Source of the DNA: a virus
Strand: one strand, 5' to 3'
DNA: 64,000 bases
UHGV virus genome: UHGV-0037395
Shown here in pieces: positions 1 through 9,047 of this stretch. The notes beneath the pieces are model-generated. The model was not told where the DNA came from and ran no database searches. It was given only the letters and a program-made list of their open reading frames with translations. The position numbers and the translations under genes are program-made. The number at the start of each line of letters is the position of its first letter. Positions within the stretch are counted from its first letter, which is position 1.

Positions 1-2
1 TC

Positions 3-1109
3 ACTGTTGCGGAAATTGACGAACCACGTTTTGAACGTGATGGTCTGCTTATTGAAGGTCAGAGAACTAACCTGTTAATCAATTCAACCAATCCTACTAA
101 GTGGAACAAGTCGTCAAATATGATCTTAAGTACGTCAGGTGTAGATGATTTCGGATTCCAGTACGCAAAATTTACACTAAAGCCAGAAATGGTAGGGCAA
201 ACTTCAGCGATTAACATAGTAACCGTTAGCGGCAGTAAAGGTTTTGATGTAACAGGCGACGAAAAGTATGTAACTGCATCATGCAGGGTACAAAGTGGAA
301 CACCAGATTTAAGATGCCGATTGCGGTTTGAAGAATATAATGGATCTGCTTACATTTTTCTCGGTGACGCATACTTAAATTTGACAGATTTATCTATTGA
401 AAAAACAGGTGGAGCAGCAGCTCGTATTACTGCAAGAGCTGTTAAAGATGAAGCAAGTAAATGGATTTTCTTTGAGGCAACAATTAAAGCTCTTGATACA
501 GAAAATATGATCGGTGCGATGGTGCAATATGCTCCACCAAATGGAGGATCTGGAACTGGTGCAGATGATTATATTTATGTCGCAACTCCTCAGGTGGAAG
601 GTGGTTCTTGTGCTTCTTCATTCATTATTACTGAAGCAACACCAGTGACAAGAGCTAGCGATGTTGTCACTATTCCATCACAAAACAACCTTGCTGTTAG
701 GCCATTTACTGTTCTTTGTGAAGTAAATAAAAATTGGACTACTCCACCAAATGCAGCTCCACGTATATTTGATGTTGGTGGACATCAGATTGATGATAAT
801 TATCTGTCACTCGGTTTTGTCTCAACAGGAAAGCTGGCCGCAAATGTCGGAATGATTCAACCGCTAATCGCTGTTGATGGTGATAAGTTTGTTGTTGGTT
901 TAAGGGCTAAATTAGATTTATCCGTTAATGCTATATTTAATGGCAGCTACACAACAAACCCTAACGGTAAAGTGTTCAGAATTACAGCAACATCATACCG
1001 ATTTGGGGGACAAACTGCTTCGGGGTTGCGCCATTTATTTGGACATGTTAGAAATTTCCGTATTTGGTTTAAAGAGTTAACTGATAGACAAATAAAGGAG
1101 TATATATGA
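3..1109 (+). CDS. L-shaped tail fibre protein, C-terminal part (5' end lies outside window)
   Basis: Open frame runs from window start with no stop before 120. Large beta-rich C-terminal domain, lectin/ConA-like tail. Sits beside the fibre gene with the S74 domain, convergent with the early genes as in T5-like phages. Confidence 0.6.
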   Translation, partial: TVAEIDEPRFERDGLLIEGQRTNLLINSTNPTKWNKSSNMILSTSGVDDFGFQYAKFTLKPEMVGQTSAINIVTVSGSKGFDVTGDEKYVTASCRVQSGTPDLRCRLRFEEYNGSAYIFLGDAYLNLTDLSIEKTGGAAARITARAVKDEASKWIFFEATIKALDTENMIGAMVQYAPPNGGSGTGADDYIYVATPQVEGGSCASSFIITEATPVTRASDVVTIPSQNNLAVRPFTVLCEVNKNWTTPPNAAPRIFDVGGHQIDDNYLSLGFVSTGKLAANVGMIQPLIAVDGDKFVVGLRAKLDLSVNAIFNGSYTTNPNGKVFRITATSYRFGGQTASGLRHLFGHVRNFRIWFKELTDRQIKEYI

Positions 1110-1384
1110 AAGATTTAATCCTAAAGTTTAGTAATAAACAGGCTTATAAAGATTTTCTCATTCAAATAGGCTGGGAAAATAACGACGAACTCCAAAATTA
1201 TATTATGCTTGATGAGATTGGCTACACGTATACTGAAACCTCCCAGCCAGGTGACGAGGAGCCGACATATATTCGTAATGAAGGATACTATGTTAATGTA
1301 AGGATTCTTGAGGAATCCTTTACTTACGAATACTTTGAGCCTTTTATAGTTCAGTTGGAACAGCCTCTTAGAGAGTGGGCATAA
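1106..1384 (+). CDS. hypothetical small acidic protein between fibre genes (possible fibre assembly factor)
   Basis: 92-aa ORF overlapping the upstream stop (ATGA), same strand within the fibre cluster. Confidence 0.4.
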   Translation: MKDLILKFSNKQAYKDFLIQIGWENNDELQNYIMLDEIGYTYTETSQPGDEEPTYIRNEGYYVNVRILEESFTYEYFEPFIVQLEQPLREWA

Positions 1385-1393
1385 GGTTTTATA

Positions 1394-2395
1394 ATGGTAA
1401 CTAAAACAGCAATTCCTACGGATATTACAAAACTTAAGACTGATGTTCAATCAGTCACTAGTGATGTATCAACATTAAAACAAGATACTACCACACTAAA
1501 ATCTGATGTATCAACACTAAAATCTGATACATCAACACTAAAATCTGATACATCAACACTAAAATCTAATGTTAGCACATTACAGACTCGAGAGAAAATT
1601 AATACTGATTGGACAGCACAGCGACCACAGAATCAGCAGAACGATTCGTCTAGCAACTTCGGAACAGGCTATAAATTAATCTCTCAAGGTATAGATCTTG
1701 ATGGAAAAACATATACTGCGTCACTGGAAATGGTGCGGGTTAGATCTGACGGAATCATAAACGCGCGTATTAATGTTGTTAACGCTGCTGGTAACTCAAT
1801 ATATTATGATTTTAATGATAATGGTGAGATTGTAGTTCCGCCGAGACAAAATATTAGCGCAAGACGTTTTCGTATTGCAAATGATGGCACATCGTCAATG
1901 GATGGTCGTTTGAATATGTGGGGTTCTGGGACACGTGCGGACGTATTTGAATACGGCTGGAGTAATGGTTATGGCTTCTATATGCAGCGTAATAGCGATA
2001 ACTCCCGTCTATTCCAAGTAAACGGCACAGTACAAGCAAATAACGTATCTTCTGGATCGGATCGTGATCTGAAAGAAAATATTCAAGTTATAGATAATGC
2101 TACTGACCGTCTAAGAAAAATGTATGGATACACCTATACACTTAAATCTGATGGTATGCCTTATGCTGGTGTTATCGCCCAAGAAGCAATGGAAGCAATT
2201 CCTGAAGTAGTAGGTGGTATGACCGTTTATACAGAAGAAGATAAAGAAGTTGGGACCCGTTATCTTACTGTAAACTATTCCGGAGTAGTTGGTTTACTTG
2301 TTCAAGTATGTCGTGAAGCGGATGATCGTATAAGTAGATTAGAGACTGAAATAGAAGAGTTAAAAACATTAGTCAATCAACTAGTATCACAATAA
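1394..2395 (+). CDS. tail fibre protein with N-terminal heptad repeats and C-terminal intramolecular chaperone (peptidase S74) domain
   Basis: N-terminal STLKSD(T/V) heptads encoded by 21-bp tandem repeats. C-terminal SDRDLKENI...GY.Y segment matches the autoproteolytic S74 chaperone domain of T5 pb1 and K1F endosialidase. Terminal coiled coil. Confidence 0.75.
   Translation: MVTKTAIPTDITKLKTDVQSVTSDVSTLKQDTTTLKSDVSTLKSDTSTLKSDTSTLKSNVSTLQTREKINTDWTAQRPQNQQNDSSSNFGTGYKLISQGIDLDGKTYTASLEMVRVRSDGIINARINVVNAAGNSIYYDFNDNGEIVVPPRQNISARRFRIANDGTSSMDGRLNMWGSGTRADVFEYGWSNGYGFYMQRNSDNSRLFQVNGTVQANNVSSGSDRDLKENIQVIDNATDRLRKMYGYTYTLKSDGMPYAGVIAQEAMEAIPEVVGGMTVYTEEDKEVGTRYLTVNYSGVVGLLVQVCREADDRISRLETEIEELKTLVNQLVSQ
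1491..1574 (+). repeat. 4 tandem copies of a 21-bp unit (atcaacactaaaatctgatac) inside the fibre gene
   Basis: Direct reading of the sequence: units 2 and 3 are identical and the flanking copies diverge at 2-3 positions. Confidence 0.85.
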
Positions 2396-2396
2396 A

Positions 2397-2432
2397 AGAA
2401 AACCCCAGTGGACAAAATCCACTGGGGTTTTT
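2397..2432. terminator. bidirectional rho-independent terminator between the convergent fibre and dut/D15 operons
   Basis: aaaaccccagtgg acaaaat ccactggggtttttc: perfect hairpin with A-run and T-run on either side. Confidence 0.8.
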
Positions 2433-2435
2433 CTA

Positions 2436-2699
2436 TTATTCGCTTCTACAACCTTCTATAATACCAAGATTATAAATAGTTAATAGTATTTTTAAATGCT
2501 CATTATCAGTATTAGTACAAAGCTCTACAAAACCTTCAGGATCCCAGAAAGTAACATTACCTTCTTTGTCTGTTTTTAGCACAAACGTTTCTGGTTCAGT
2601 AATTTTAATCTGATAAGTTGACATATTAGTATCAATACCTACCATATTAGGATCAGTAAAGTTATTTGCTTCCTGAACTTCCAAATCCGCCTTCCCCAC
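2436..2699 (-). CDS. hypothetical protein
   Basis: 87-aa ORF, last gene of the minus-strand early operon. Confidence 0.4.
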   Translation of the reverse strand: MGKADLEVQEANNFTDPNMVGIDTNMSTYQIKITEPETFVLKTDKEGNVTFWDPEGFVELCTNTDNEHLKILLTIYNLGIIEGCRSE

Positions 2700-3108
2700 G
2701 ATTAGTCTCCCCTAGTTCGTCAACGATTTCAAAATTATGAGTTGAGTAGTGTGGTACTACTACTAGCTGACAAAGTCTTTCAAAATTTTCCAGAGTTTGA
2801 ATTTCAGAACCGTAGTTATAAAGGTTCATCTTAATAGTTCCACGATAGTCTGAGTCAATCACTCCTGCGGTGTTTGCAATCATCAGATGACGCTTACCTA
2901 AAGAACTACGAGGAACTACCAAACCGAACCAACCTCGCGGAATTTCCACCGCGACACCGGTGTCAATCATTAAGGATTTGCCTGGTGCAATAGCACGTAA
3001 ATCTGCGGCAGGGTTAGTACCAAAGAATGCTCGCAGATCCATACCTGCGGCATCTTCGGAACCAATCTTAGGCATACAATCTGGATGAGTTAATTTAATT
3101 TTAATCAT
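2662..3108 (-). CDS. dut: dUTP pyrophosphatase
   Basis: dUTPase motifs AGMDLRA, RSSLGK and GVIDSDYRG. 148 aa. Confidence 0.85.
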   Translation of the reverse strand: MIKIKLTHPDCMPKIGSEDAAGMDLRAFFGTNPAADLRAIAPGKSLMIDTGVAVEIPRGWFGLVVPRSSLGKRHLMIANTAGVIDSDYRGTIKMNLYNYGSEIQTLENFERLCQLVVVPHYSTHNFEIVDELGETNRGEGGFGSSGSK

Positions 3109-3980
3109 TGTTCTGCAATCTCCAAAATATCTTTTGTAAACTTATCTAATACGTCTTGACCTACAGCAGCAATAGCATCCACACAGTAGGTAGGTAAATC
3201 AACCAGAATTAGGTTTCGATAAAGCAATTCTTCCGAAGCATTTAAATTCTGTATATATTTCTGTTTTCCAGGCAGTGGAAGCTGATCAATAATATCCAGA
3301 ACGTTACCAAATTCACGAATAATATTATATCCGCGTTTTGCCCCAATACCTTCAACACCACGGATATTATCCCCTAAATCACCCATAATTGCTTTCAGAG
3401 AGATAAACTGCTCTACATCGTCAACATTATGATGCTCATACATATCACGAAGATGATATTCACGACGTGTTGTGAAAGAGAAGCGAGATACTTTATCAGT
3501 TAATAAAGTATCCCAGTCACCATCGGTAGAAATTAGCCAAACATGATCATAAAGATGCCCAATCAGCTTAACAATATAAGCTGCCATATCATCTGCTTCT
3601 ACGCCACGAATAGTGAAGGTTGGAAATGTAGTTTCACATAGTTCGAAAGCATCTTTCAAATACTCGAAGAACTGCTCATCTAACGCTTTCTCCTCTTCCG
3701 TACGCTGTGAGTATTTCTCATCTCGATTCCCTTTATACTCGGGAAGATGCTCTAAGCGGAATGCAGACTTCCCTTTATCTCCTAAAACTATTGTGGTTCT
3801 AGCAGAATAAGATTTTGCTAGAGACTGGATAGTGGAAACATAACTTGAGGCAAATGGTTTTTTACTATTGTTGTGTTTGAAGCGAAAGCCTAAGTTAGTT
3901 CCATCGACAATCATTAGGTTACGACGGGAAGCCATTTCAGCTTCCTCTTCTTCAATAAATTTTCCCCAGGATTTACTCAT
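3105..3980 (-). CDS. D15: 5'-3' exonuclease / flap endonuclease (T5 D15)
   Basis: 291-aa protein starting MSKSWGKFIEEEEAEMASRRNLMIVDGTNLGFRF, essentially the well-studied T5 flap endonuclease sequence (recalled from memory, not searched). Confidence 0.95.
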   Translation of the reverse strand: MSKSWGKFIEEEEAEMASRRNLMIVDGTNLGFRFKHNNSKKPFASSYVSTIQSLAKSYSARTTIVLGDKGKSAFRLEHLPEYKGNRDEKYSQRTEEEKALDEQFFEYLKDAFELCETTFPTFTIRGVEADDMAAYIVKLIGHLYDHVWLISTDGDWDTLLTDKVSRFSFTTRREYHLRDMYEHHNVDDVEQFISLKAIMGDLGDNIRGVEGIGAKRGYNIIREFGNVLDIIDQLPLPGKQKYIQNLNASEELLYRNLILVDLPTYCVDAIAAVGQDVLDKFTKDILEIAEQ

Positions 3981-4462
3981 TATTTAATTAAGTCCTCAAC
4001 AGATGCATGATGTAGCCACGGTTCAAATAAACCAATTACGATTTCCATGTCTTTCTTATTTAACACCATATGGGTACGACTCATTAAGTTGTCAACCATC
4101 GGGTCTGAGCTATCCAAAGCTATTAACCACTGTCCTCTGTCTTTTTTGAATATTAATGCAGGTTTGGAGTTCATCTGCTCGCCTTCACGTGAGCACTGCT
4201 GCCACCACTTCTCTAGAGTGGATTCACCAACATTAAATAAATTACTTGATATATTATCATCTTTATACCACTTAACTTCGAAGCAGTATTTACTAATGTG
4301 TCCGCTTTGTGGTGGAAGGTAGATGTCACCCTTCAATCCGTGGCTCTGGCCAAAAGCACCAGAGCCAGGAACACGTTCCCACTCAAGACCTGTACGCTCA
4401 CGTAGAATATCTCTTACCTGATATTCACCACGTTTACCTTTCTCTCTACTATCTACAGCCAT
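3980..4462 (-). CDS. PD-(D/E)XK-type nuclease-like protein (T5 D14 position)
   Basis: GDIYL...FEVKW motif arrangement. Lies between the flap endonuclease and sbcC. Confidence 0.5.
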   Translation of the reverse strand: MAVDSREKGKRGEYQVRDILRERTGLEWERVPGSGAFGQSHGLKGDIYLPPQSGHISKYCFEVKWYKDDNISSNLFNVGESTLEKWWQQCSREGEQMNSKPALIFKKDRGQWLIALDSSDPMVDNLMSRTHMVLNKKDMEIVIGLFEPWLHHASVEDLIK

Positions 4463-4465
4463 GTT

Positions 4466-6304
4466 TTATTCTAAGTAGGAAAATCCTTCTGCATCTTTTT
4501 TGACAGTAATCTTATGGGCTAATGGATGCGTATGCCCATGAGAAACAATGATAGAATTTAGACTTTCTTCCTCATTTAATAATTCAACAAGAGTGTCAAG
4601 CCCTTTAGTATCAATAAAGCTAATTACTTCATCAAGGAATAGAAGATTAATATTAACTTTACTAATAGATGTTAGTAGCATTCGAATAGCTAACAGAGTT
4701 GCTAGGTTGATTCGACTTTGCTGACCAGTAGAGCAATTCTCCATACTGGTACGGTTTCCATCATTGAAGATTACTACTTGCAATTTCGTTTCATCAAGTT
4801 CAAATCCAAGTGCGAACTTACCGCCAGTCATAATGGAAAGGTATTTATTAATTAGGTCTTCAAATACTTTCACACTATGCTCTAGCTTATATCCTACTAG
4901 ATTCTTTAACGCAGCAATCAGAATATCGAGATCAGCAACAGCTTCTGATACTCCATCCAGTTTGGAAGTAATCTCGGACATTTCTGCCTCAGCTTTCTCA
5001 ATCTGTTCTAGTTTCGCTTTATATTTTGCATTGGCTAATTCAACATTTGCATTATGCTCTTTGGCAATTGCAACCTTAGAACGGCCATCAGCGATTTCCT
5101 GTTCTAGTTGTCGGATTTGCACCTGTAGGTTTTGCACATTGAGTTCTTCAAAAGAGGTATCACTCATTGAATTTTTGAATTCGTCTCTAGCTGCTACTGC
5201 CTTATCCAAAGCATCCTTTGCTCTAGTATATGCAACGTACTCAAGTTGTTCTTTCTTCAACTGTTCTAGCTTAGCTTCAAGAGATTGCTTCTCTTTGAAC
5301 AGAGGATCATATTCTATTCTAGCCATATCCATTGCTTTTTGAGCAGCAGTTGTATCCAGATGAGTACCACAAGTAGGACATTCAGTATTTGAAGCCTCTT
5401 GCTTGAACTTCTGATAACGTTTCTTAACTTCGCCTGCACGTGAGGACACAATCGTTAGGTCACGCGTAACACTTGAGATTTCTTCATTTTGGTCAGTGGG
5501 CGCGGGTAAATTTTTGAAAGGCTCGAAAGATTGTTCGGCAACTTGTACAGCTTTGTCCAAATTACGCAATTTAGTAATATTAGCCTCTTGAGACTTGGCT
5601 AATGCCGCCTTAATTTTCGATTCAGTAAGTTCTTGTGCTAACGGCTCTTCATCAAACTCTGGTACTTCTACAGGTTCCTGCAAAGTTCCCAGATTATTCT
5701 TTCCATTAAGGATTTTCGTAATTACAGCCATTTGGCCCTGCAAATTATTTAAGGTATTTGCTATTTCTTTACGATCAGCCTTAATAGTTTCTGACATTTC
5801 CTTGTACTGTTCTTGATTGAACAAGTTAACAAGAAAAGCCTTACGTGTTGCATCTGTTGCTTTTAGAAAGTCTAGATTGGAACCCACCGATTGATAAATC
5901 AGTTTGGTGAATGTTTGGAAGTCACCACCCATAATTTCTTCAATCATCTTGTAGGTTTGGGTTGCCGTGTGTCCACTAATATCTTCTCCATTCTTAATAA
6001 GGGTTACTTTAGCAGTTGACTTAACTACTTTATGCAGTTCATACTCATCTTCATCTTTCGAGAAATAGGCGTGCATATCATACTCTTTTTTCGGAGAAGA
6101 CCAAGAGAACAGAGCATCTTTCTTAATACCGCGTGAGTTCTTATTATAAAAGAGTTCTTCAATAACAGTAGCAATGGTGGATTTCCCTAGCCCATTGCCC
6201 CCAATTAGTTGAGTAACTGGATTCTTATCGAAATGAATTACGATGTCCTTACCGTAAGACATAACGTTACTAAATTTTAGTGTCTTAATTATAATCTTTG
6301 ACAT
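4466..6304 (-). CDS. sbcC: SbcC/Rad50-like recombination ATPase (D13)
   Basis: Walker A GGNGLGKST, CPTCG zinc-hook-like motif, long coiled coil, LFLDEV Walker B. Start taken at MSKIIIK (6304) rather than the longest ORF, to avoid overlap with sbcD. Confidence 0.85.
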   Translation of the reverse strand: MSKIIIKTLKFSNVMSYGKDIVIHFDKNPVTQLIGGNGLGKSTIATVIEELFYNKNSRGIKKDALFSWSSPKKEYDMHAYFSKDEDEYELHKVVKSTAKVTLIKNGEDISGHTATQTYKMIEEIMGGDFQTFTKLIYQSVGSNLDFLKATDATRKAFLVNLFNQEQYKEMSETIKADRKEIANTLNNLQGQMAVITKILNGKNNLGTLQEPVEVPEFDEEPLAQELTESKIKAALAKSQEANITKLRNLDKAVQVAEQSFEPFKNLPAPTDQNEEISSVTRDLTIVSSRAGEVKKRYQKFKQEASNTECPTCGTHLDTTAAQKAMDMARIEYDPLFKEKQSLEAKLEQLKKEQLEYVAYTRAKDALDKAVAARDEFKNSMSDTSFEELNVQNLQVQIRQLEQEIADGRSKVAIAKEHNANVELANAKYKAKLEQIEKAEAEMSEITSKLDGVSEAVADLDILIAALKNLVGYKLEHSVKVFEDLINKYLSIMTGGKFALGFELDETKLQVVIFNDGNRTSMENCSTGQQSRINLATLLAIRMLLTSISKVNINLLFLDEVISFIDTKGLDTLVELLNEEESLNSIIVSHGHTHPLAHKITVKKDAEGFSYLE

Positions 6305-7262
6305 ATTTCGCAGCTCTAGCCAAGATTCTATCAATGTCGCCTTGAGATAGCTTCTCGACTTCACGGAAGTAAAGTTCAAGTTCACCTAACATATCAAGAT
6401 CAACAAGATTTAACTTAGCATCTTTAGTAACTCGATGGTTAATCTTCTTATCTAATAAATCAGAGTCTTTGATAGACTTTAATTGAACAACGTCACCAGT
6501 AACTTCATAGACTACACGATCATAATCACTAGGTTCCATCTCTTCACCAGCCCCGATTGTTTTACGAATCAGTTGTGGTAAATCACCAAGTTCAATCCAT
6601 TCTACTTTTAATGTGTCGGTATCAACGATAAAACAACCATTTGTACCTTTTGTGCGTTCTCTATGGAACGATGTAGTTAATGGAGACCCTGGGTAGAGAA
6701 GTCTAGTAGATCCGATAGTCTGGCTATTAGTATAAGAATGTAAATCGCCAGCAATTACAGTATCATAACAGTTGTACTTAGTTAGATCAATTTCTGGTTT
6801 TACATGTGGAGGGATTTCACCACGAACATGCGTGAAACATAGTTTTGATTCAGATGGTTTCCACTTAGATTTATGGATTTCATCATATGGAACAATATCA
6901 AATTCAGGGGAACGATATGGTTTGGTAATTACTTCCCACTTCCCACTAGTTACTTTATTAATAACTCCTGCATAGTGATATAGACATGAAATGGTTTTAG
7001 TTAGCATTTCATGATTTCCAGTAAAGATTTTGCCTGGATGGTCAAGTCTTGACATGAACTGTTCAAGCAGTTCTATTTCTTCTGACGACGGGTCGGCAAC
7101 ATCAAGTATATCACCACCAGCAATATGAAGATCACAGTTATGATTATGGAATATATCATTTAACCGTTCTCCTAGCATCAGGAAGCGACGCTTCTGCCAT
7201 TCTTTGGGTATCTTATCTTGGCCCAGCTTAATATGATGATCAGCACTAAATAGTATTTTCAC
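6285..7262 (-). CDS. sbcD: SbcD/Mre11-like nuclease (D12)
   Basis: Calcineurin-like phosphoesterase motifs (DHH, GNHE). Immediately upstream of sbcC. Confidence 0.85.
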   Translation of the reverse strand: MKILFSADHHIKLGQDKIPKEWQKRRFLMLGERLNDIFHNHNCDLHIAGGDILDVADPSSEEIELLEQFMSRLDHPGKIFTGNHEMLTKTISCLYHYAGVINKVTSGKWEVITKPYRSPEFDIVPYDEIHKSKWKPSESKLCFTHVRGEIPPHVKPEIDLTKYNCYDTVIAGDLHSYTNSQTIGSTRLLYPGSPLTTSFHRERTKGTNGCFIVDTDTLKVEWIELGDLPQLIRKTIGAGEEMEPSDYDRVVYEVTGDVVQLKSIKDSDLLDKKINHRVTKDAKLNLVDLDMLGELELYFREVEKLSQGDIDRILARAAKYVKDYN

Positions 7263-7722
7263 TTAATAGACTATCATATACTGCATTTGCTACAGTCTCT
7301 GCTTCATGTATGGAATCTGTATATCCATAATGCTTACCTTTAATTTGAACAAAATATCTACCAGTTGAATGTTTTAAGAAAACACCTTTTGGTAATTCTT
7401 TATTACTATTCTTGTTTCTATTCAACTGATTGCGTGACTTAGAAGAGTCTAGTAAATTATCTATGGCATTATTTAATGGATTCCTATCCTTATGGTCAAT
7501 TTCTTCTGGAATATACCCATACACATATAAGAAAGCTAGCTGATGTGCTTTATACCTTTTACCATCAATTCGGATTTCCAATCTGATATAGTTATCAGAT
7601 ACCCATACTTCCGTCCCTGCTATGGAGCCTTTTGATACTCTTCCCCTTGAGACTTTCCATCTAAATATACCCGTTAGAGGATCATAGTCCAATAGCTCTT
7701 TAAGTCTATCTTGTGTAATCAT
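7246..7722 (-). CDS. HNH homing endonuclease (HNH_3 plus AP2-like domain)
   Basis: IDHKDRNPLNNAIDNL HNH motif. Free-standing, inserted between sbcD and the D11-like gene. Confidence 0.8.
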   Translation of the reverse strand: MITQDRLKELLDYDPLTGIFRWKVSRGRVSKGSIAGTEVWVSDNYIRLEIRIDGKRYKAHQLAFLYVYGYIPEEIDHKDRNPLNNAIDNLLDSSKSRNQLNRNKNSNKELPKGVFLKHSTGRYFVQIKGKHYGYTDSIHEAETVANAVYDSLLSENTI

Positions 7723-7735
7723 AAAGATATAAGAA

Positions 7736-7760
7736 AAGGGGCCGAAGCCCCTCTATTTAT
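7736..7760 (-). terminator. rho-independent terminator after the D11-like gene
   Basis: ggggc ttcg gcccc hairpin followed by T-run on the minus strand. Confidence 0.6.
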
Positions 7761-8533
7761 TAGTCGTCCAGATCGCTTGCAGCTTCTGAGTCAATACCTT
7801 TCTGGGAGCCTGCATTGCTATTACCAGATTTGGCATCATCATCTTTATTCTCGCGACCCTCCATGAAGGCTAGAATTGCTTCTTTCTGCTCTTCATAGGT
7901 AGGAACCGGATAGGTTTGTTCCAGAGAAGGAACTTTTTCGAACTTAATGATGTCGCCATCTTCATCACACATAGCTTCACCGATCAGATCTACATCCGCA
8001 GCATATTGCTTAGATTCCGCACTGTTAGGATCTTGCAGCTTAATCTGGAACTGCATAGCAGCAATCTGCTGTACATCATACTCAGTATCGAAACCTTTAC
8101 CTTTTTTCTCGATAGAAATATCAATATCAAACGGAGTTGCCAGGCTCAGCTGCTTCATGATAGACTGGATGCCCTTCAGAATAGTAGCCTTGACTTCCAT
8201 TACTTTCAGTTTGTTATCAGAACGGTCGATAACAAAAGCGATATAGTTTTTCTTCGGTTTCAGGGGAACACGATTACCATCTTTATCCAGCTCTTTCTCA
8301 AAGAAGCCCATCTCATGAACCGGGTCAGCTTTACCACGAACAAAGCTCTCTTTGTCACGGTTAAAACGGAGACATTCGAAAGGAGCTACGCTACCCTCTT
8401 TATTAGTCAGCCAATAGACATAACGTGGAAGAACACCAGAAACGATACGAACACGAGTGATACCGTTGTTGAACTTCAGGAATTCGATTTTATCGTTAGA
8501 ACCGCCAGTAGTTTCGCCCCAAGACTTAGCCAT
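7760..8533 (-). CDS. hypothetical early protein with acidic C-terminal tail (possible ssDNA-binding protein)
   Basis: 257 aa. C-terminal ...SEAASDLDD acidic tail as in SSBs. Sits in the replication operon. Function is inferred only. Confidence 0.4.
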   Translation of the reverse strand: MAKSWGETTGGSNDKIEFLKFNNGITRVRIVSGVLPRYVYWLTNKEGSVAPFECLRFNRDKESFVRGKADPVHEMGFFEKELDKDGNRVPLKPKKNYIAFVIDRSDNKLKVMEVKATILKGIQSIMKQLSLATPFDIDISIEKKGKGFDTEYDVQQIAAMQFQIKLQDPNSAESKQYAADVDLIGEAMCDEDGDIIKFEKVPSLEQTYPVPTYEEQKEAILAFMEGRENKDDDAKSGNSNAGSQKGIDSEAASDLDD

Positions 8534-8810
8534 ATTTTATTTCCTCTTTAAAGATTAATTTCGATTTGTTAATTGCGATTAGTGGGTTAGTGTCGATTAC
8601 TAAACGTGGTATCCATACTGGAACATATTGTATGTCCAAACTAGGATCGTTTGTAAACTTGTATTCGGCATAATTTCGTAGACTTAAAATTCCTAGATAT
8701 TCTGCCAGTTGTCTATTAGACAATTTATTTGGATTATCAACAATAGTTGATTCATTCAAAATGAATGAGGAACCGACCAATAATTGGTGAGCATCAGGCT
8801 CTGTAAGCAT
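8526..8810 (-). CDS. hypothetical protein
   Basis: 94-aa ORF directly downstream of two tandem early promoters. Confidence 0.4.
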   Translation of the reverse strand: MLTEPDAHQLLVGSSFILNESTIVDNPNKLSNRQLAEYLGILSLRNYAEYKFTNDPSLDIQYVPVWIPRLVIDTNPLIAINKSKLIFKEEIKYG

Positions 8811-8917
8811 TCTTTTGAATAGCTTAATAATTAGGTCGGAATTTCCTCTAGCTAGTAAGTATAGCTTTTCATAATCGAAGAATTTAATTTTTGTTTTCTC
8901 CTCGAATTTATGTATAT

Positions 8918-8947
8918 ATTATACTAGATTTCGAGAGAATTTAGCAA
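8918..8947 (-). promoter_or_regulatory. T5-type early promoter (TTGCTA / 18 bp / TATAAT)
   Basis: Minus-strand reading aaaattttagTTGCTA...tagTATAATatatacataaattcgag, same cassette as the other early promoters. Confidence 0.75.
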
Positions 8948-9018
8948 CTAAAATTTTTATTTTTCTGCTTCGGACTTTCTTATCAATCCGAAACTTTCTC
9001 TCTCAAATTTATGTATAT

Positions 9019-9047
9019 ATTATACATCATTTATGAGCTGTTGCCAA
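9019..9047 (-). promoter_or_regulatory. second tandem early promoter (TTGGCA / 17 bp / TATAAT) embedded in the helicase 3' end
   Basis: Reverse complement shows TTGGCA-17-TATAAT followed by the conserved ATACATAAATTTGAGAGAG leader. Confidence 0.7.

Noticed and set aside
4764-5816. Plus-strand ORFs (192 and 73 aa) inside sbcC.
   Set aside because: Antisense to a motif-rich coding region. Ser/Ala-rich low-complexity translation. No start signals.
7916-8551. 211-aa and 99-aa plus-strand ORFs across the D11-like gene.
   Set aside because: Antisense shadow ORFs of a gene embedded in a long minus-strand operon.
8880-9035. Possible CRISPR-like or terminal direct repeat (aatttatgtatatattatac repeated 113 bp apart).
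   Set aside because: The repeats are the downstream halves of two tandem early promoters (-10 plus conserved leader). The same box recurs at about 30 promoters, and there is no spacer/repeat periodicity.
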